Shown here piece by piece: positions 9,062 through 18,697 of a DNA stretch of 32,000 bases; positions within the stretch are counted from its first letter, which is position 1; every line of letters begins with the position of its first letter. The DNA lies in the NCBI RefSeq assembly GCF_020885515.1, contig NZ_AP024987.1, forward strand, positions 930,001-962,000, read 5' to 3'. The notes below the pieces were generated by a model that had not been told where the DNA came from, ran no database searches, and was given only the letters and a program-made list of their open reading frames with translations. Position numbers and translations under genes: made by a program. Origin of the DNA: a cyanobacterium endosymbiont of Braarudosphaera bigelowii. GTDB taxonomy: Bacteria > Cyanobacteriota > Cyanobacteriia > Cyanobacteriales > Microcystaceae.

Positions 9062-9462
9062 TTTGTATTTATATACTTCAGCAGTACTTTTGAACTAACA
9101 TTTACGGAATCATACCCCAAATATACACTCAATTAATAGTCTTTTCCATAGTCCATACAATAATTGTTAACTTATTGAAATTTTGGTGAATAGGAGGATT
9201 ACACTCTTATCAGCTTTAATAAACATAATCTTAATATGTATTAAGAGTTGCAACAATTTGCAAAATTTTTAAATAATAGAAATATGATTCTATTAGAAGT
9301 AGTTAGTGATAATAAAAAGTATTATAAATTTAAGAAAGTTATGTATATCTTATAAGTATTAATTAATATAAATAAATAGAAACTAATTTTTTTTATTTAA
9401 AGTGAATAATAATTGATTACGTAAATAGTTATCATAATAAATAAATGATAGAATGCTTTGCT

Positions 9463-9524
9463 GTTACAAGTTTATAAGAATAAGGTATGTTCCTGAACAT
9501 ACCTTATTCTTATAAACTTGTAAC
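9463..9524. repeat. 62-nt perfect palindrome (30-bp arms, 2-nt centre) in the divergent ribF / sqdX-like spacer
   Basis: gttacaagtttataagaataaggtatgttc (9463-9492), ct, gaacataccttattcttataaacttgtaac (9495-9524), checked base by base. It is followed by a small GC hairpin aggcg-tttaat-cgcct (9530-9545). It ends 58 nt upstream of the likely ATG (9582). Confidence 0.9.
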
Positions 9525-9581
9525 CCAAAAGGCGTTTAATCGCCTACTATATTTATTGTGATTCTCAAAATTAATAGTAGT

Positions 9582-10700
9582 ATGCGAATTGCTTTATTCA
9601 CAGAAACTTTCTTACCTAAAATTGATGGTATTGTTACACGTTTATGTCAAACGATTGACTATCTACAACGTTCTGGCGATCAAGTCATGGTATTTTCTCC
9701 TAATGGAGGAATAGAAGAATATAAGGGAGCAGAAATTTATGGAGCTAACGGTATTCCATTACCTCTTTATCCTGAATTGAAATTAGCTTTTCCTACTCCT
9801 ACTATTGGCAAAAAGTTAGAAATATTCAAACCAGATTTAATACATGTAGTAAATCCGGCCTTTCTTGGATTAGGAGGAATCTATTTTTCTAAATCTAAAA
9901 ATATTCCCTTAGTTGCCTCGTATCATACCCATTTACCTCAATATCTAAAACATTATGGTTTGGGTTCATTAGAAGGATTATTGTGGAAATTTTTAAAGTT
10001 AGCTCATAATCAGGCACAGCTAAATTTATGCACTTCGACGGCAATGGTGAAAGCACTAGAAAATCAAGGTATTCAAAGGGTGAAACTATGGCAAAAAGGT
10101 GTAGATACAGAAATGTTCCAGCCCGGATTAGCATCTAATAAAATGCGTTCATATCTATCAGAAGGACATCCTAATGATTCTTTATTACTTTATGTGGGAA
10201 GGGTTTCATCTGAAAAACAAATTGATAAAATAAAACCTATTTTAGAAGCAATACCGAATACTCGCTTAGCGATTGTTGGTAATGGCCCTAACAGAGAAGC
10301 ATTAAAAGTACATTTCTCTGGTACTAAAACTCATTTTGTTGGCTATCTTCAAGGATTAGAGCTAGTATCGGCTTTTGCTTCTGCAGATGCTTTTATTTTC
10401 CCTTCTAGTACTGAAACACTGGGACTAGTTTTGTTAGAATCCATGGCTGCAGGGTGTCCTGTCATAGCAGCTAATTCTGGAGGAATTCCTGATATTGTGA
10501 CTGACAAAATTAATGGTTACTTATTTGATCCTGATGATCCAAATGGAGCAATTGTTGCAACTAAACGTTTATTAGAAAATAAAACTGAGAGAGAACAGGT
10601 ACAAAAAAATGCTCGTAAAGAAGCAGAGAAGTGGGCATGGCCTATGGCTACTAATCAATTAAGAAATTACTATAAGACTGTAATTAATTCAAAATTGTGA
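9582..10700 (+). CDS. sqdX: GT4-family glycosyltransferase, SqdX/SQD2-like (probable sulfoquinovosyl-diacylglycerol synthase)
   Basis: MRIALFTETFLPKIDGIVTRL start. Blocks SYHTHLPQYL, LWQKGVDTEMF, VGRVSSEK and FPSSTETLGLVLLESMAAGCPVIAANSGGIPDIV closely parallel plant SQD2 and cyanobacterial SqdX as I remember them. The ORF track's GTG at 9558 adds 8 residues and is probably not used. Confidence 0.8.
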   Translation: MRIALFTETFLPKIDGIVTRLCQTIDYLQRSGDQVMVFSPNGGIEEYKGAEIYGANGIPLPLYPELKLAFPTPTIGKKLEIFKPDLIHVVNPAFLGLGGIYFSKSKNIPLVASYHTHLPQYLKHYGLGSLEGLLWKFLKLAHNQAQLNLCTSTAMVKALENQGIQRVKLWQKGVDTEMFQPGLASNKMRSYLSEGHPNDSLLLYVGRVSSEKQIDKIKPILEAIPNTRLAIVGNGPNREALKVHFSGTKTHFVGYLQGLELVSAFASADAFIFPSSTETLGLVLLESMAAGCPVIAANSGGIPDIVTDKINGYLFDPDDPNGAIVATKRLLENKTEREQVQKNARKEAEKWAWPMATNQLRNYYKTVINSKL

Positions 10701-11039
10701 ATTTTTGATTACTTTGCTTTCAAAGCAATAAGAATTTGACTTTTTCTATACCAAAAAATTATAAATTGTATTTTATATTTATAACTATAATTTACTGTCC
10801 TGATTAATAAACTCAGATGATATATAACATTCTCTAACAACTTAATATTAGCTGTTTTAGCTAAAAAGTGAATATTGAACTGAGATGGCCAATGTTTAAC
10901 TATTGTTAATTTTAAGCCTAAACAATTAGTATCTTAGGCTTAGGAAATATATATTGAGAGTACCTTATTCTTTCATGTAGAGTATATTTTAGGAATAAAC
11001 AACCTGTTTACTAGTTTAAAAACTTAAATTTTATAGATC

Positions 11040-11525
11040 ATGGTAGATATTCGAATTGGCAATGGATATGATATTCACCGCCTTGTCTTAGGAAGACCTT
11101 TAATTTTAGGAGGTGTTCAAATTCCTCATAAATTTGGTTTACTAGGTCATAGTGATGCAGATGTCTTAACTCATTCTATTATGGACGCAATGCTAGGAGC
11201 ATTAAGTTTAGGAGATATTGGTCACTATTTTCCACCTTCTGATTCTCAATGGGCAAATGCCAATAGTTTGGTATTATTGAAACAAGTAGATCAGCTGGTT
11301 AAATCAGAAGGATGGTATGTTGGAAATATAGATTCAACGATTATTGCTGAAAAACCTAAAATAAAACCTCATATTCAAGTTATTAAGGAAAGACTTTCTC
11401 AAACTTTAAATATTTGTGAAAATGAAATATCTATCAAGGCAACTACTAATGAGAGGTTAGGACCAGTAGGAAGAGAAAAAGGAATATCTTCTTATGCGGT
11501 AATCTTATTATTTAAAGGCTTATAG
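11040..11525 (+). CDS. ispF: 2-C-methyl-D-erythritol 2,4-cyclodiphosphate synthase (MEP pathway)
   Basis: [12 protein letters not shown] ... [19 protein letters not shown] ... KATTNERLG are canonical IspF motifs. 161 aa. Confidence 0.95.
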   Translation: MVDIRIGNGYDIHRLVLGRPLILGGVQIPHKFGLLGHSDADVLTHSIMDAMLGALSLGDIGHYFPPSDSQWANANSLVLLKQVDQLVKSEGWYVGNIDSTIIAEKPKIKPHIQVIKERLSQTLNICENEISIKATTNERLGPVGREKGISSYAVILLFKGL

Positions 11526-11611
11526 AATTAATCATTAAAAATAATAATGACTGAAACTTGATATCTATTCTTTGTAATTGTTATTATATCAAGAGATTTA
11601 TTGAGCTGTTC

Positions 11612-14233
11612 ATGCAACCAACTGATTCTGCAAAATTTACCGAACAAGCTTGGGATGCCATTGTAAAATCGCAAGAAGTAGCCCGACGTTTCCAAAATCA
11701 AAACCTAGAAGTAGAACATTTGATGCTTTCACTTCTCGAGCAAGAAAAGGGGTTAACTTTACAAATACTGGAACAATTAGAAATCAATAAAATTGAATTT
11801 GTTCAATATGTAGAAACTTTTACAGATAAACAACCCAAGTTAATTGCTGTTGATCAGCTATATCTGGGAAGAAATTTAGATTTGTTGCTAGATAAAGCTA
11901 ATGTTTTATGCACACAATGGAATGATAAATATATTACAGTTCAACATCTTTTGATTAGCTTCACTGAAGATAAGAGACTTGGAAAACACTTCTTGAAAAG
12001 TTTTCAGTTAGAAAGAAAAGATGTAGAAAAAGCAGTCAAGATAGTGAAAGAGATTCAGAAAATTACCCAAAATGATCAAGGGATAGCTTACGAAGCTTTA
12101 AAAAAATTTGGACGAGACCTTACTGAACAAGCTAAGCAAGGTAAGCTAGATCCAGTTATTGGAAGAGATGAAGAGATACGTCGTCTGATCCAAATTTTAT
12201 CTCGTCGCTCTAAAAATAATCCTGTTTTAATTGGAGAACCTGGTGTTGGCAAAACTGCTATAGCTGAGGGGTTAGCACAACGTATTATTAATGGTGACGT
12301 TCCTGACTCTCTTAAAAATCGTCAATTAATATCTCTAGATATGGGAAGTTTAGTTGCTGGTGCAAAATATAGGGGAGAATTTGAAGAACGTTTACATAAA
12401 GTTATGCGGGAAGTTACAAATTCTAATGGACAAATTGTATTATTTATTGATGAAGTCCACACTGTTGTAGGAGCGGGATCACGAGAAGGAAGCTCTATGG
12501 ATGCAGGTAATCTCTTAAAGCCTATGCTAGCAAGAGGAGAACTACGTTGTATTGGTGCAAGTACATTAGATGAGTATCGTAAACATATCGAAAAAGATCC
12601 AGCATTAGAAAGACGTTTTCAACAAGTATATGTGAATCAGCCTAGTGTGGAAGATACTATATCTATTTTACGAGGGCTTAAAGAACGTTATGAAGTTCAC
12701 CATGGAGTTAAAATTACAGATGCTGCCTTAGTGGCTGCGTCTAAGCTCTCTGATAGGTATATCACTGGAAGATTCTTGCCTGACAAAGCGATTGATCTTG
12801 TTGATGAAGCTGCAGCAAAACTAAAAATGGAAATTACGTCTAAACCAGTTGAATTAGAAGATATTGACCGCCGTTTAATGCAATTACAAATGGAAAAACT
12901 TTCTTTACAAAGTGAAGAGAAAAGAGCAACTTTGAAAGTAGACTCAGTTTCCCAAAAAAGTTTAGAAAGAATTGAAAGAGAAATTAAAGATTTAGAAAAT
13001 ATTCATAAGAGATTAGATGACCAGTGGAGATTAGAAAAACAAATGCTAGAAGAAATTAATACTTTGAAAGAAGAAGAAGAGCAGTTAAGAGTTCAAGTAG
13101 AACAGGCAGAAAGAGCATATGATTTAAATAAGGCAGCTCAACTTAAATATGGTAGGCTTGAAGGCCTACAAAATGATTTAAAAGAGAAAGAGACAAAATT
13201 AATTAATATTCAATCTCAAAGCGAAACCTTTTTTCGAGAACAAGTAACTGAATCTGATATTGCGGAAATAGTAGCTGGATGGTCTGGAATTCCAACTAAT
13301 CGTTTGCTAGGTTCAGAAAGAAAAAAGTTACTTGAATTGGAAGGTTATTTACATAAACAAATTATTGGCCAAGAAGAAGCAGTTGCGGCTGTTGCGGCTG
13401 CAATTCGTAGAGCTAGAGCTGGAATTAAGGACCCTTCTCGTCCTATTGGCTCTTTTCTCTTTATGGGACCTACTGGAGTAGGTAAAACTGAATTGGCTCG
13501 TGCAATTGCTGCATTTCTTTTTGATTCTCAAGATGCAATGATTCGTATTGATATGTCAGAATATATGGAAAAACATACTGTTTCTAAGCTAATTGGTGCT
13601 CCTCCTGGTTATATAGGCTATGACCAGGGTGGTCAGCTTTCAGAAGCAGTACGTCGTAGGCCTTATTCAGTAATTTTATTAGATGAAATAGAGAAAGCTC
13701 ATGTTGATGTTTTTAACATTCTTTTACAAATTCTTGATGATGGTCGTGTAACTGATTCTCAAGGACGTATAGTAGATTTTTGTAATACTATTATTATTAT
13801 GACTAGCAATATTGGAAGTGAATACATTTTAGATATAGTAGGAAATAATAATAGCTATGAGGTAATGAGAAAAGAAGTCCTAATGTCACTGAGCAAACAC
13901 TTTAGACCAGAATTTTTAAATCGTATTGATGATTTAATAATATTTCATGCACTTCAAAAAGAACATTTGAGACGTATCGTGACACTACAAATTAAACGTA
14001 TAGAACGTTTACTAGAAGAACAAAACATTTGTTTACAATTAAGTGGTGCAGCCCTTGACCATATTGTAGATACTGGATACGATCCAGTATATGGGGTAAG
14101 ACCTTTAAAGAGAGCAATCCAACGGGAGTTAGAAAATCCAGTAGCTACAAAAATTCTAGATATGACTTTTACTTCTGGTGATGTTATTTTAGTTGATTTA
14201 GAATCTAATAAGCTATTTTTTCGTAAAAAGTGA
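11612..14233 (+). CDS. clpB: ATP-dependent chaperone/disaggregase ClpB
   Basis: Clp N-domain start [18 protein letters not shown]. Two AAA+ modules with Walker [10 protein letters not shown] and [10 protein letters not shown] long coiled-coil M-domain lies between them, which distinguishes ClpB from ClpA/ClpC. The ORF track's TTG at 11558 adds 18 implausible residues. Confidence 0.95.
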   Translation: MQPTDSAKFTEQAWDAIVKSQEVARRFQNQNLEVEHLMLSLLEQEKGLTLQILEQLEINKIEFVQYVETFTDKQPKLIAVDQLYLGRNLDLLLDKANVLCTQWNDKYITVQHLLISFTEDKRLGKHFLKSFQLERKDVEKAVKIVKEIQKITQNDQGIAYEALKKFGRDLTEQAKQGKLDPVIGRDEEIRRLIQILSRRSKNNPVLIGEPGVGKTAIAEGLAQRIINGDVPDSLKNRQLISLDMGSLVAGAKYRGEFEERLHKVMREVTNSNGQIVLFIDEVHTVVGAGSREGSSMDAGNLLKPMLARGELRCIGASTLDEYRKHIEKDPALERRFQQVYVNQPSVEDTISILRGLKERYEVHHGVKITDAALVAASKLSDRYITGRFLPDKAIDLVDEAAAKLKMEITSKPVELEDIDRRLMQLQMEKLSLQSEEKRATLKVDSVSQKSLERIEREIKDLENIHKRLDDQWRLEKQMLEEINTLKEEEEQLRVQVEQAERAYDLNKAAQLKYGRLEGLQNDLKEKETKLINIQSQSETFFREQVTESDIAEIVAGWSGIPTNRLLGSERKKLLELEGYLHKQIIGQEEAVAAVAAAIRRARAGIKDPSRPIGSFLFMGPTGVGKTELARAIAAFLFDSQDAMIRIDMSEYMEKHTVSKLIGAPPGYIGYDQGGQLSEAVRRRPYSVILLDEIEKAHVDVFNILLQILDDGRVTDSQGRIVDFCNTIIIMTSNIGSEYILDIVGNNNSYEVMRKEVLMSLSKHFRPEFLNRIDDLIIFHALQKEHLRRIVTLQIKRIERLLEEQNICLQLSGAALDHIVDTGYDPVYGVRPLKRAIQRELENPVATKILDMTFTSGDVILVDLESNKLFFRKK

Positions 14234-14357
14234 ATAATTGTAAAACCTATTTATTTTATTGACCGCTTCTATTCAGGAATTTATAAGTAAAATAATAATA
14301 TATGAAAGAATGGCTAAGCTAATATGAATAACGAGAAAAAAAAAATCTGGTGAACTT

Positions 14358-14678
14358 ATGCGTACACCTCCTTGGGGTACTGTAACTATTTTAGAAGAAA
14401 GTATTCATTATCGTATTAATCGTATCGAGGTTAAGCCTGGTCAACATATCAGTACTCAAATGCACTATCATAGGAGCGAACATTGGATCGTAGTTTCTGG
14501 AACAGCTAAAGTTATTTTCAATGGGAAAGAACATCTTCTAAAACAAAAAGAATCAACTTATGTCCCTATGAACACTAGGCATCGTGTAGAAAATCCAGGT
14601 GTTATTCCTCTAGTAATGATTGAAGTACAAAATGGAGAATATTTAGGTGATGATGATATTATCCGTTTTTCTGACTGA
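14358..14678 (+). CDS. Stand-alone cupin related to the C-terminal domain of type II phosphomannose isomerase / GDP-mannose pyrophosphorylase
   Basis: PPWG...Y(R)INRIEVKPGQHISTQMHYHRSEHWIVVSGTAKV...VENPG..PLVMIEVQNGEYLGDDDIIRF matches the ManC/AlgA C-terminal cupin pattern. The N-terminus is questionable (see the A10-tract finding). Confidence 0.8.
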   Translation: MRTPPWGTVTILEESIHYRINRIEVKPGQHISTQMHYHRSEHWIVVSGTAKVIFNGKEHLLKQKESTYVPMNTRHRVENPGVIPLVMIEVQNGEYLGDDDIIRFSD

Positions 14679-14961
14679 CTAAGACTAAGTATTTATATTT
14701 ATAATAAATAACGATTTTTTCTAATTAATATTATTTATATTAAAAAATAAGTAATAGGCTTACATAAGTTATCTAATCTTTTATTTTTCTAAAACTAAGT
14801 ATTTCAGCAATTTTTTATTTCCTGCGTACTTAAGAATGTAACGTTTGATATTAAAACGAATTATAAGCAACTATGTATATTAATAGAGATGGATTTTTTT
14901 ATATAAATTTTTTATTGTATATTACCTTTCTAATTATTTGGAAATAAGACTTAACATCATA

Positions 14962-16677
14962 ATGAAAAAATTATCTCTACTTAATTTTCGATTACTTATG
15001 GTCTGGACAATTATTGTTTCGGCCATACTTGGATTAATTGGAAAAATTTTCTTGTTACAGTTTGTTAAAGTCACTGAATTTAGAAGAAAAGCAGACAGTC
15101 AACAAAATGAAGAAATACGTATTGATAACCCTAGACGACCCATTATAGATAGTGAAGGTAATATATTAGCTATGGATATAGAAAAATTCGACCTATTTAT
15201 TTACCGTGATCGGCTACCAAAAGATGAAGATAAAGAAAAAATAGCAAAACAACTTAGTCAGATACTAAATAAGAATTATTATGATTTAACAAAATTACTG
15301 TTAGATAAAAGAAATGTAAATAGGGTTGGATTAGACAAAATAACTACACATGAATATCAAAGAATCCTTAACAAGACTACAAAGAAGTATAGACAAGCTT
15401 TTGAATTTATTAAAAACTTTGATCGTTCCTATCCTCAGAAAGAACTAATGTCTGATGTAGTGGGTTTTGTTAACGATAATCAGCAAGGAAAAGCAGGTAT
15501 CGAAATGAGCCAAAATAATTTATTACACCGACAAACTAAATATGTAACAGTACGGAAAACTGGTTCAGGAGGCATCATACCAACTTCTCTTCCTAGAAAC
15601 TTTTTCAGATCAAATGATTGGAAATTACAATTAACAGTTAATATACGATTACAAAGAGCTGCACGTTTTGCTTTAAAAGAAAAATTAAATACTTTTCAAG
15701 CAAAACGCGGTGCAATAATTATTATGAATGTAATAGATGGTTCTATATTAGCTTTAGTTTGTGAACCAACATTCGATCCTAATGTTTTTTATAATGTTAA
15801 AGGTGAGCTATTAAAAAATTGGACGGTTACTGATCTTTATGAACCAGGCTCAACATTTAAGCCTATCAATATTGCTTTAGCTTTAGAAGCTGGAGTAATA
15901 AAATTAGATACTGTAATCCAAGATATAGGTTTTATAAAAGTTGATAATTGGAATATCTATAATGCTTCATTATCAGGAAATGGATTAATTAATATTGCTG
16001 AAGTTTTACAAACTTCGAGTAATGTAGCTATGGTTCAAATAATGCAACGCTTAAAAAAAGAAGATTACTATAATAGATTACTACAACTAGATATTACTCA
16101 AAAAACAAATATTGACCTACCTGGAGAGGTAAAAGGACGATTAAAAAGTAAAGAAGTATTTACTACAAGTTCTATAGAGGCAGCTGCAACTTCTTTTGGA
16201 CAAGGCTTTTCTTTAACTCCTATTAAGTTGGCACAATTACACGGAGCATTGGCTAATGGAGGAAAATTAGTTACTCCTCATTTAACAAAAGGATTAGTAA
16301 ATCCTGAAGGATCCTTAGCCTGGATACCAGAATATAAGTCTAAACAAATTTTTTCTCCTTCTGTAAGCACAAAAGTCATAGGACTTATGGAAACTGTAGT
16401 TAATAAAGGATCAGGAAAAGCATCTAAAATACAAGGATATCGTATTGGAGGTAAAACGGGCACAGCCCAGAAAGCTGGTAAGGGGGGATATTTACCTAAT
16501 TCGAAAATCACTAGTTTTGTTTCAATTCTACCTATAACATCTCCAAAATATTTAGTCTTGGTAGTTTTAGATGAACCAAAAGGGAATAATACTTCTGGGT
16601 CTACAGTAGCAGCACCTGCTGCAAAAATAGTAACTGATGCTTTGATATATATAGAAGGTATGCCACCAACAAATTAA
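14962..16677 (+). CDS. ftsI: Class B penicillin-binding protein (peptidoglycan D,D-transpeptidase, FtsI/PBP3-like)
   Basis: N-terminal membrane anchor. Transpeptidase motifs STFK (EPGSTFKP), SSN (QTSSNVA) and KTGT (GGKTGTAQK). ATG 14962 (MKKLSLLNF...) is preferred over the ORF track's TTG at 14938. Confidence 0.85.
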   Translation: MKKLSLLNFRLLMVWTIIVSAILGLIGKIFLLQFVKVTEFRRKADSQQNEEIRIDNPRRPIIDSEGNILAMDIEKFDLFIYRDRLPKDEDKEKIAKQLSQILNKNYYDLTKLLLDKRNVNRVGLDKITTHEYQRILNKTTKKYRQAFEFIKNFDRSYPQKELMSDVVGFVNDNQQGKAGIEMSQNNLLHRQTKYVTVRKTGSGGIIPTSLPRNFFRSNDWKLQLTVNIRLQRAARFALKEKLNTFQAKRGAIIIMNVIDGSILALVCEPTFDPNVFYNVKGELLKNWTVTDLYEPGSTFKPINIALALEAGVIKLDTVIQDIGFIKVDNWNIYNASLSGNGLINIAEVLQTSSNVAMVQIMQRLKKEDYYNRLLQLDITQKTNIDLPGEVKGRLKSKEVFTTSSIEAAATSFGQGFSLTPIKLAQLHGALANGGKLVTPHLTKGLVNPEGSLAWIPEYKSKQIFSPSVSTKVIGLMETVVNKGSGKASKIQGYRIGGKTGTAQKAGKGGYLPNSKITSFVSILPITSPKYLVLVVLDEPKGNNTSGSTVAAPAAKIVTDALIYIEGMPPTN

Positions 16678-16772
16678 AGTCCTAATAGGCACTATACATA
16701 TAGTACAAAGCTAAAGAACAATCTTACTATGAATTAATAACTAAGTTTAAAAGATTAATGTATGTACCATAT

Positions 16773-16813
16773 GGTTATGTTCAAAATTTATAAAAAATAC
16801 TTTGAACATAACC
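16773..16813. terminator. Stem-loop between convergent ftsI and ndhD (candidate bidirectional terminator)
   Basis: ggttatgttcaaa (16773-16785) and tttgaacataacc (16801-16813) are exact reverse complements (13 bp, 15-nt A/T loop). It sits in the 150-bp convergent spacer. Confidence 0.45.
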
Positions 16814-16827
16814 TATTGATAAAGTGT

Positions 16828-18411
16828 TTAAATATTTGGTGCTCTAAATATTTTGCTATGAATAGCTGCAACATTAGTTTTTTCAGCCAATGTTGGAGCA
16901 GAATTACGCAACAAAGTATTTAACTGATCAGTTGTAGCACTATACATTTGAGTAACAATTTTAGGATATAAACCAATACCAATTATAGGAATTAATAAAC
17001 ATGCAATAATAAATACTTCTCTTGGCTCTGCATCAATAAGCTTTACATGAAATGTTAAATCCTTATTTTCTGGTCCGTATAGTATTTCTTTAAGCATAGA
17101 AAGTAAATATACAGGGGTTAGAATAACTCCTACTGCTGCCAAAGTAATAACAACTATTTTGAAAATGGAATTATAGGCATCACTAGTAGCGAATCCAATA
17201 AATATCATTAACTCTGCTGCAAAGCCACTCATCCCTGGCAAAGCTAAGGAAGCCATTGAACAGGTAGTCCACATTGCAAACATTTTTTTCATCTTATGAC
17301 CAATTCCACCCATTTCATCAAGCATAAGAGTATGAGTTCTATCATAGGTGGCGCCAACCATAAAGAATAAGCTTGCACCAATTAATCCATGAGAAATCAT
17401 TTGTAGCATTGCTCCACTAAGACCTATAGATGTATATGAAGCAATTCCTATTAAAACAAAACCCATATGAGAAATAGAAGAATAAGCAATTTTTCTTTTT
17501 AAATTTTGCTGAGCGAAAGCTGTTAATGCTGCATAAATAATATTCACTACTCCTAAAATAATTAATATAGGAGCAAAATAAACATGTGCATCAGGTAACA
17601 TCCCTACATTCATTCTTAGAAGAGCATATCCTCCCATCTTTAACAAAATACCTGCTAATAGCATGTGGGCAGGAGCAGTTGCTTCTCCATGAGCATCAGG
17701 AAGCCAGGTATGAAGGGGAAAAATAGGTAATTTCACGCCATATGCGATAAGAAAACAACCATATAGTAATAGTTGTAGTTTCAAAGGGATATCTTTAGAT
17801 GCAATTATACTCATATCAAAAGTTACTGTATCACCAAAGAAAGCTAAGGTAAAAGCAGCTAAAAGAATAAATAACGATCCCCCTGCAGTATATAAAATAA
17901 ATTTAGTTGCAGCATAAAGACGCTTTTTGCCACCCCATATAGAGAGTATTAAGTAAACAGGTACTAACTCTAATTCCCAAACTAAGAAAAAAAGTAACAT
18001 ATCTTGCACGGCAAAAACTGCGATTTGTCCACCATACATAGATAACATTAAAAAATAAAAAAGTTTAGGCTTAAAAGTTACTGGCCATGCAGCCATAATT
18101 GCTAATGTTGTTATAAAACCAGTTAATAATATTAAAGGCATGGAAAGTCCATCAGCACCAACGGACCATTTTAGATCGATTTGAGAAATCCAAGTATAAC
18201 TCTCAACTAATTGAAGATTAGGATTATTGAAGTCATATCCTGTGTAAAAGGCGTAAACAATAAAAATAAAATCAATTAATCCTACTGTTAGTGCATACCA
18301 ACGTACAGTTTTACCGTTTTCATCAGGAATAAGTGGTATTAATAAAGCACTAATAATCGGAAAAAAAATAATGGTAGTTAACCATGGAAAATTAACAAGG
18401 TTCATATGCAT
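16828..18411 (-). CDS. ndhD: NAD(P)H-quinone oxidoreductase (NDH-1) subunit 4, NdhD1/D2 type
   Basis: [13 protein letters not shown]...[18 protein letters not shown] is a typical cyanobacterial NdhD N-terminus. The protein is a polytopic antiporter-like subunit of about 525 aa. The start may be the second ATG (18405). Confidence 0.93.
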   Translation of the reverse strand: MHMNLVNFPWLTTIIFFPIISALLIPLIPDENGKTVRWYALTVGLIDFIFIVYAFYTGYDFNNPNLQLVESYTWISQIDLKWSVGADGLSMPLILLTGFITTLAIMAAWPVTFKPKLFYFLMLSMYGGQIAVFAVQDMLLFFLVWELELVPVYLILSIWGGKKRLYAATKFILYTAGGSLFILLAAFTLAFFGDTVTFDMSIIASKDIPLKLQLLLYGCFLIAYGVKLPIFPLHTWLPDAHGEATAPAHMLLAGILLKMGGYALLRMNVGMLPDAHVYFAPILIILGVVNIIYAALTAFAQQNLKRKIAYSSISHMGFVLIGIASYTSIGLSGAMLQMISHGLIGASLFFMVGATYDRTHTLMLDEMGGIGHKMKKMFAMWTTCSMASLALPGMSGFAAELMIFIGFATSDAYNSIFKIVVITLAAVGVILTPVYLLSMLKEILYGPENKDLTFHVKLIDAEPREVFIIACLLIPIIGIGLYPKIVTQMYSATTDQLNTLLRNSAPTLAEKTNVAAIHSKIFRAPNI

Positions 18412-18697
18412 TTTCTAAGCATTTATTAATATTTTGGTAATTCACAGAGACAAAAAAGTATTTATCTATTTGCAAATGTGTCAATAACCGTTAGTGTATG
18501 ATCATGGCAATCCTAAAGCTGTATTAAACACTGTGATATAAAGACTGCCATGTCACTAATAAATTTAACAATATTTTTCAATAGACGCTATAAATGTTAT
18601 TCTAAAAAATTTAAATTGATTAAGATTATAATTATCTTCAATATAATTTTGATCAGTTTAAATAGTTTTTTATATTTATTATTTTTATCAGTTAATT

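Noticed and set aside
9284-9355. 23-codon ORF in the ribF/sqdX spacer, upstream of the 30-bp palindrome
   Set aside because: It is too short and has no RBS. I considered it only as a possible leader peptide for an attenuator, and nothing supports coupling to the hairpin.
9558-9581. N-terminal extensions in the ORF track from non-ATG starts (GTG 9558, TTG 11558, TTG 14938, TTG 23290, TTG 26013)
   Set aside because: In each case a downstream ATG gives an N-terminus matching the conserved family start (MRIALF..., MQPTDSAKF..., MKKLSL..., MPRRDDL...). The extensions are just the maximal open frame. ftsZ (23290 versus 23320) remains ambiguous.
9895-10134. 79-aa minus-strand ORF inside the sqdX-like gene
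   Set aside because: It is antisense to a well-supported glycosyltransferase CDS.
10714-10728. ttgctttcaaagcaa palindrome 14 nt after the sqdX-like stop
   Set aside because: It forms at most a 5-6 bp stem once a sterically feasible loop is allowed. That is too weak to call a terminator with confidence.
13349-13531. 60-aa minus-strand ORF inside clpB
   Set aside because: It is antisense to the second AAA+ module of clpB, and its Ser/Arg-rich product is an artefact.
16278-16511. 77-aa minus-strand ORF inside ftsI
   Set aside because: It is antisense to the transpeptidase domain (KTGT region).
18499-18555. 7+3-bp stem (catggca/tgccatg, with a bulge) in the ndhD / DUF512 divergent spacer
   Set aside because: The stem is short and encloses a 36-nt unstructured loop, so chance occurrence is plausible. 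I kept it only as a note because it is the sole G+C-containing patch in that spacer.
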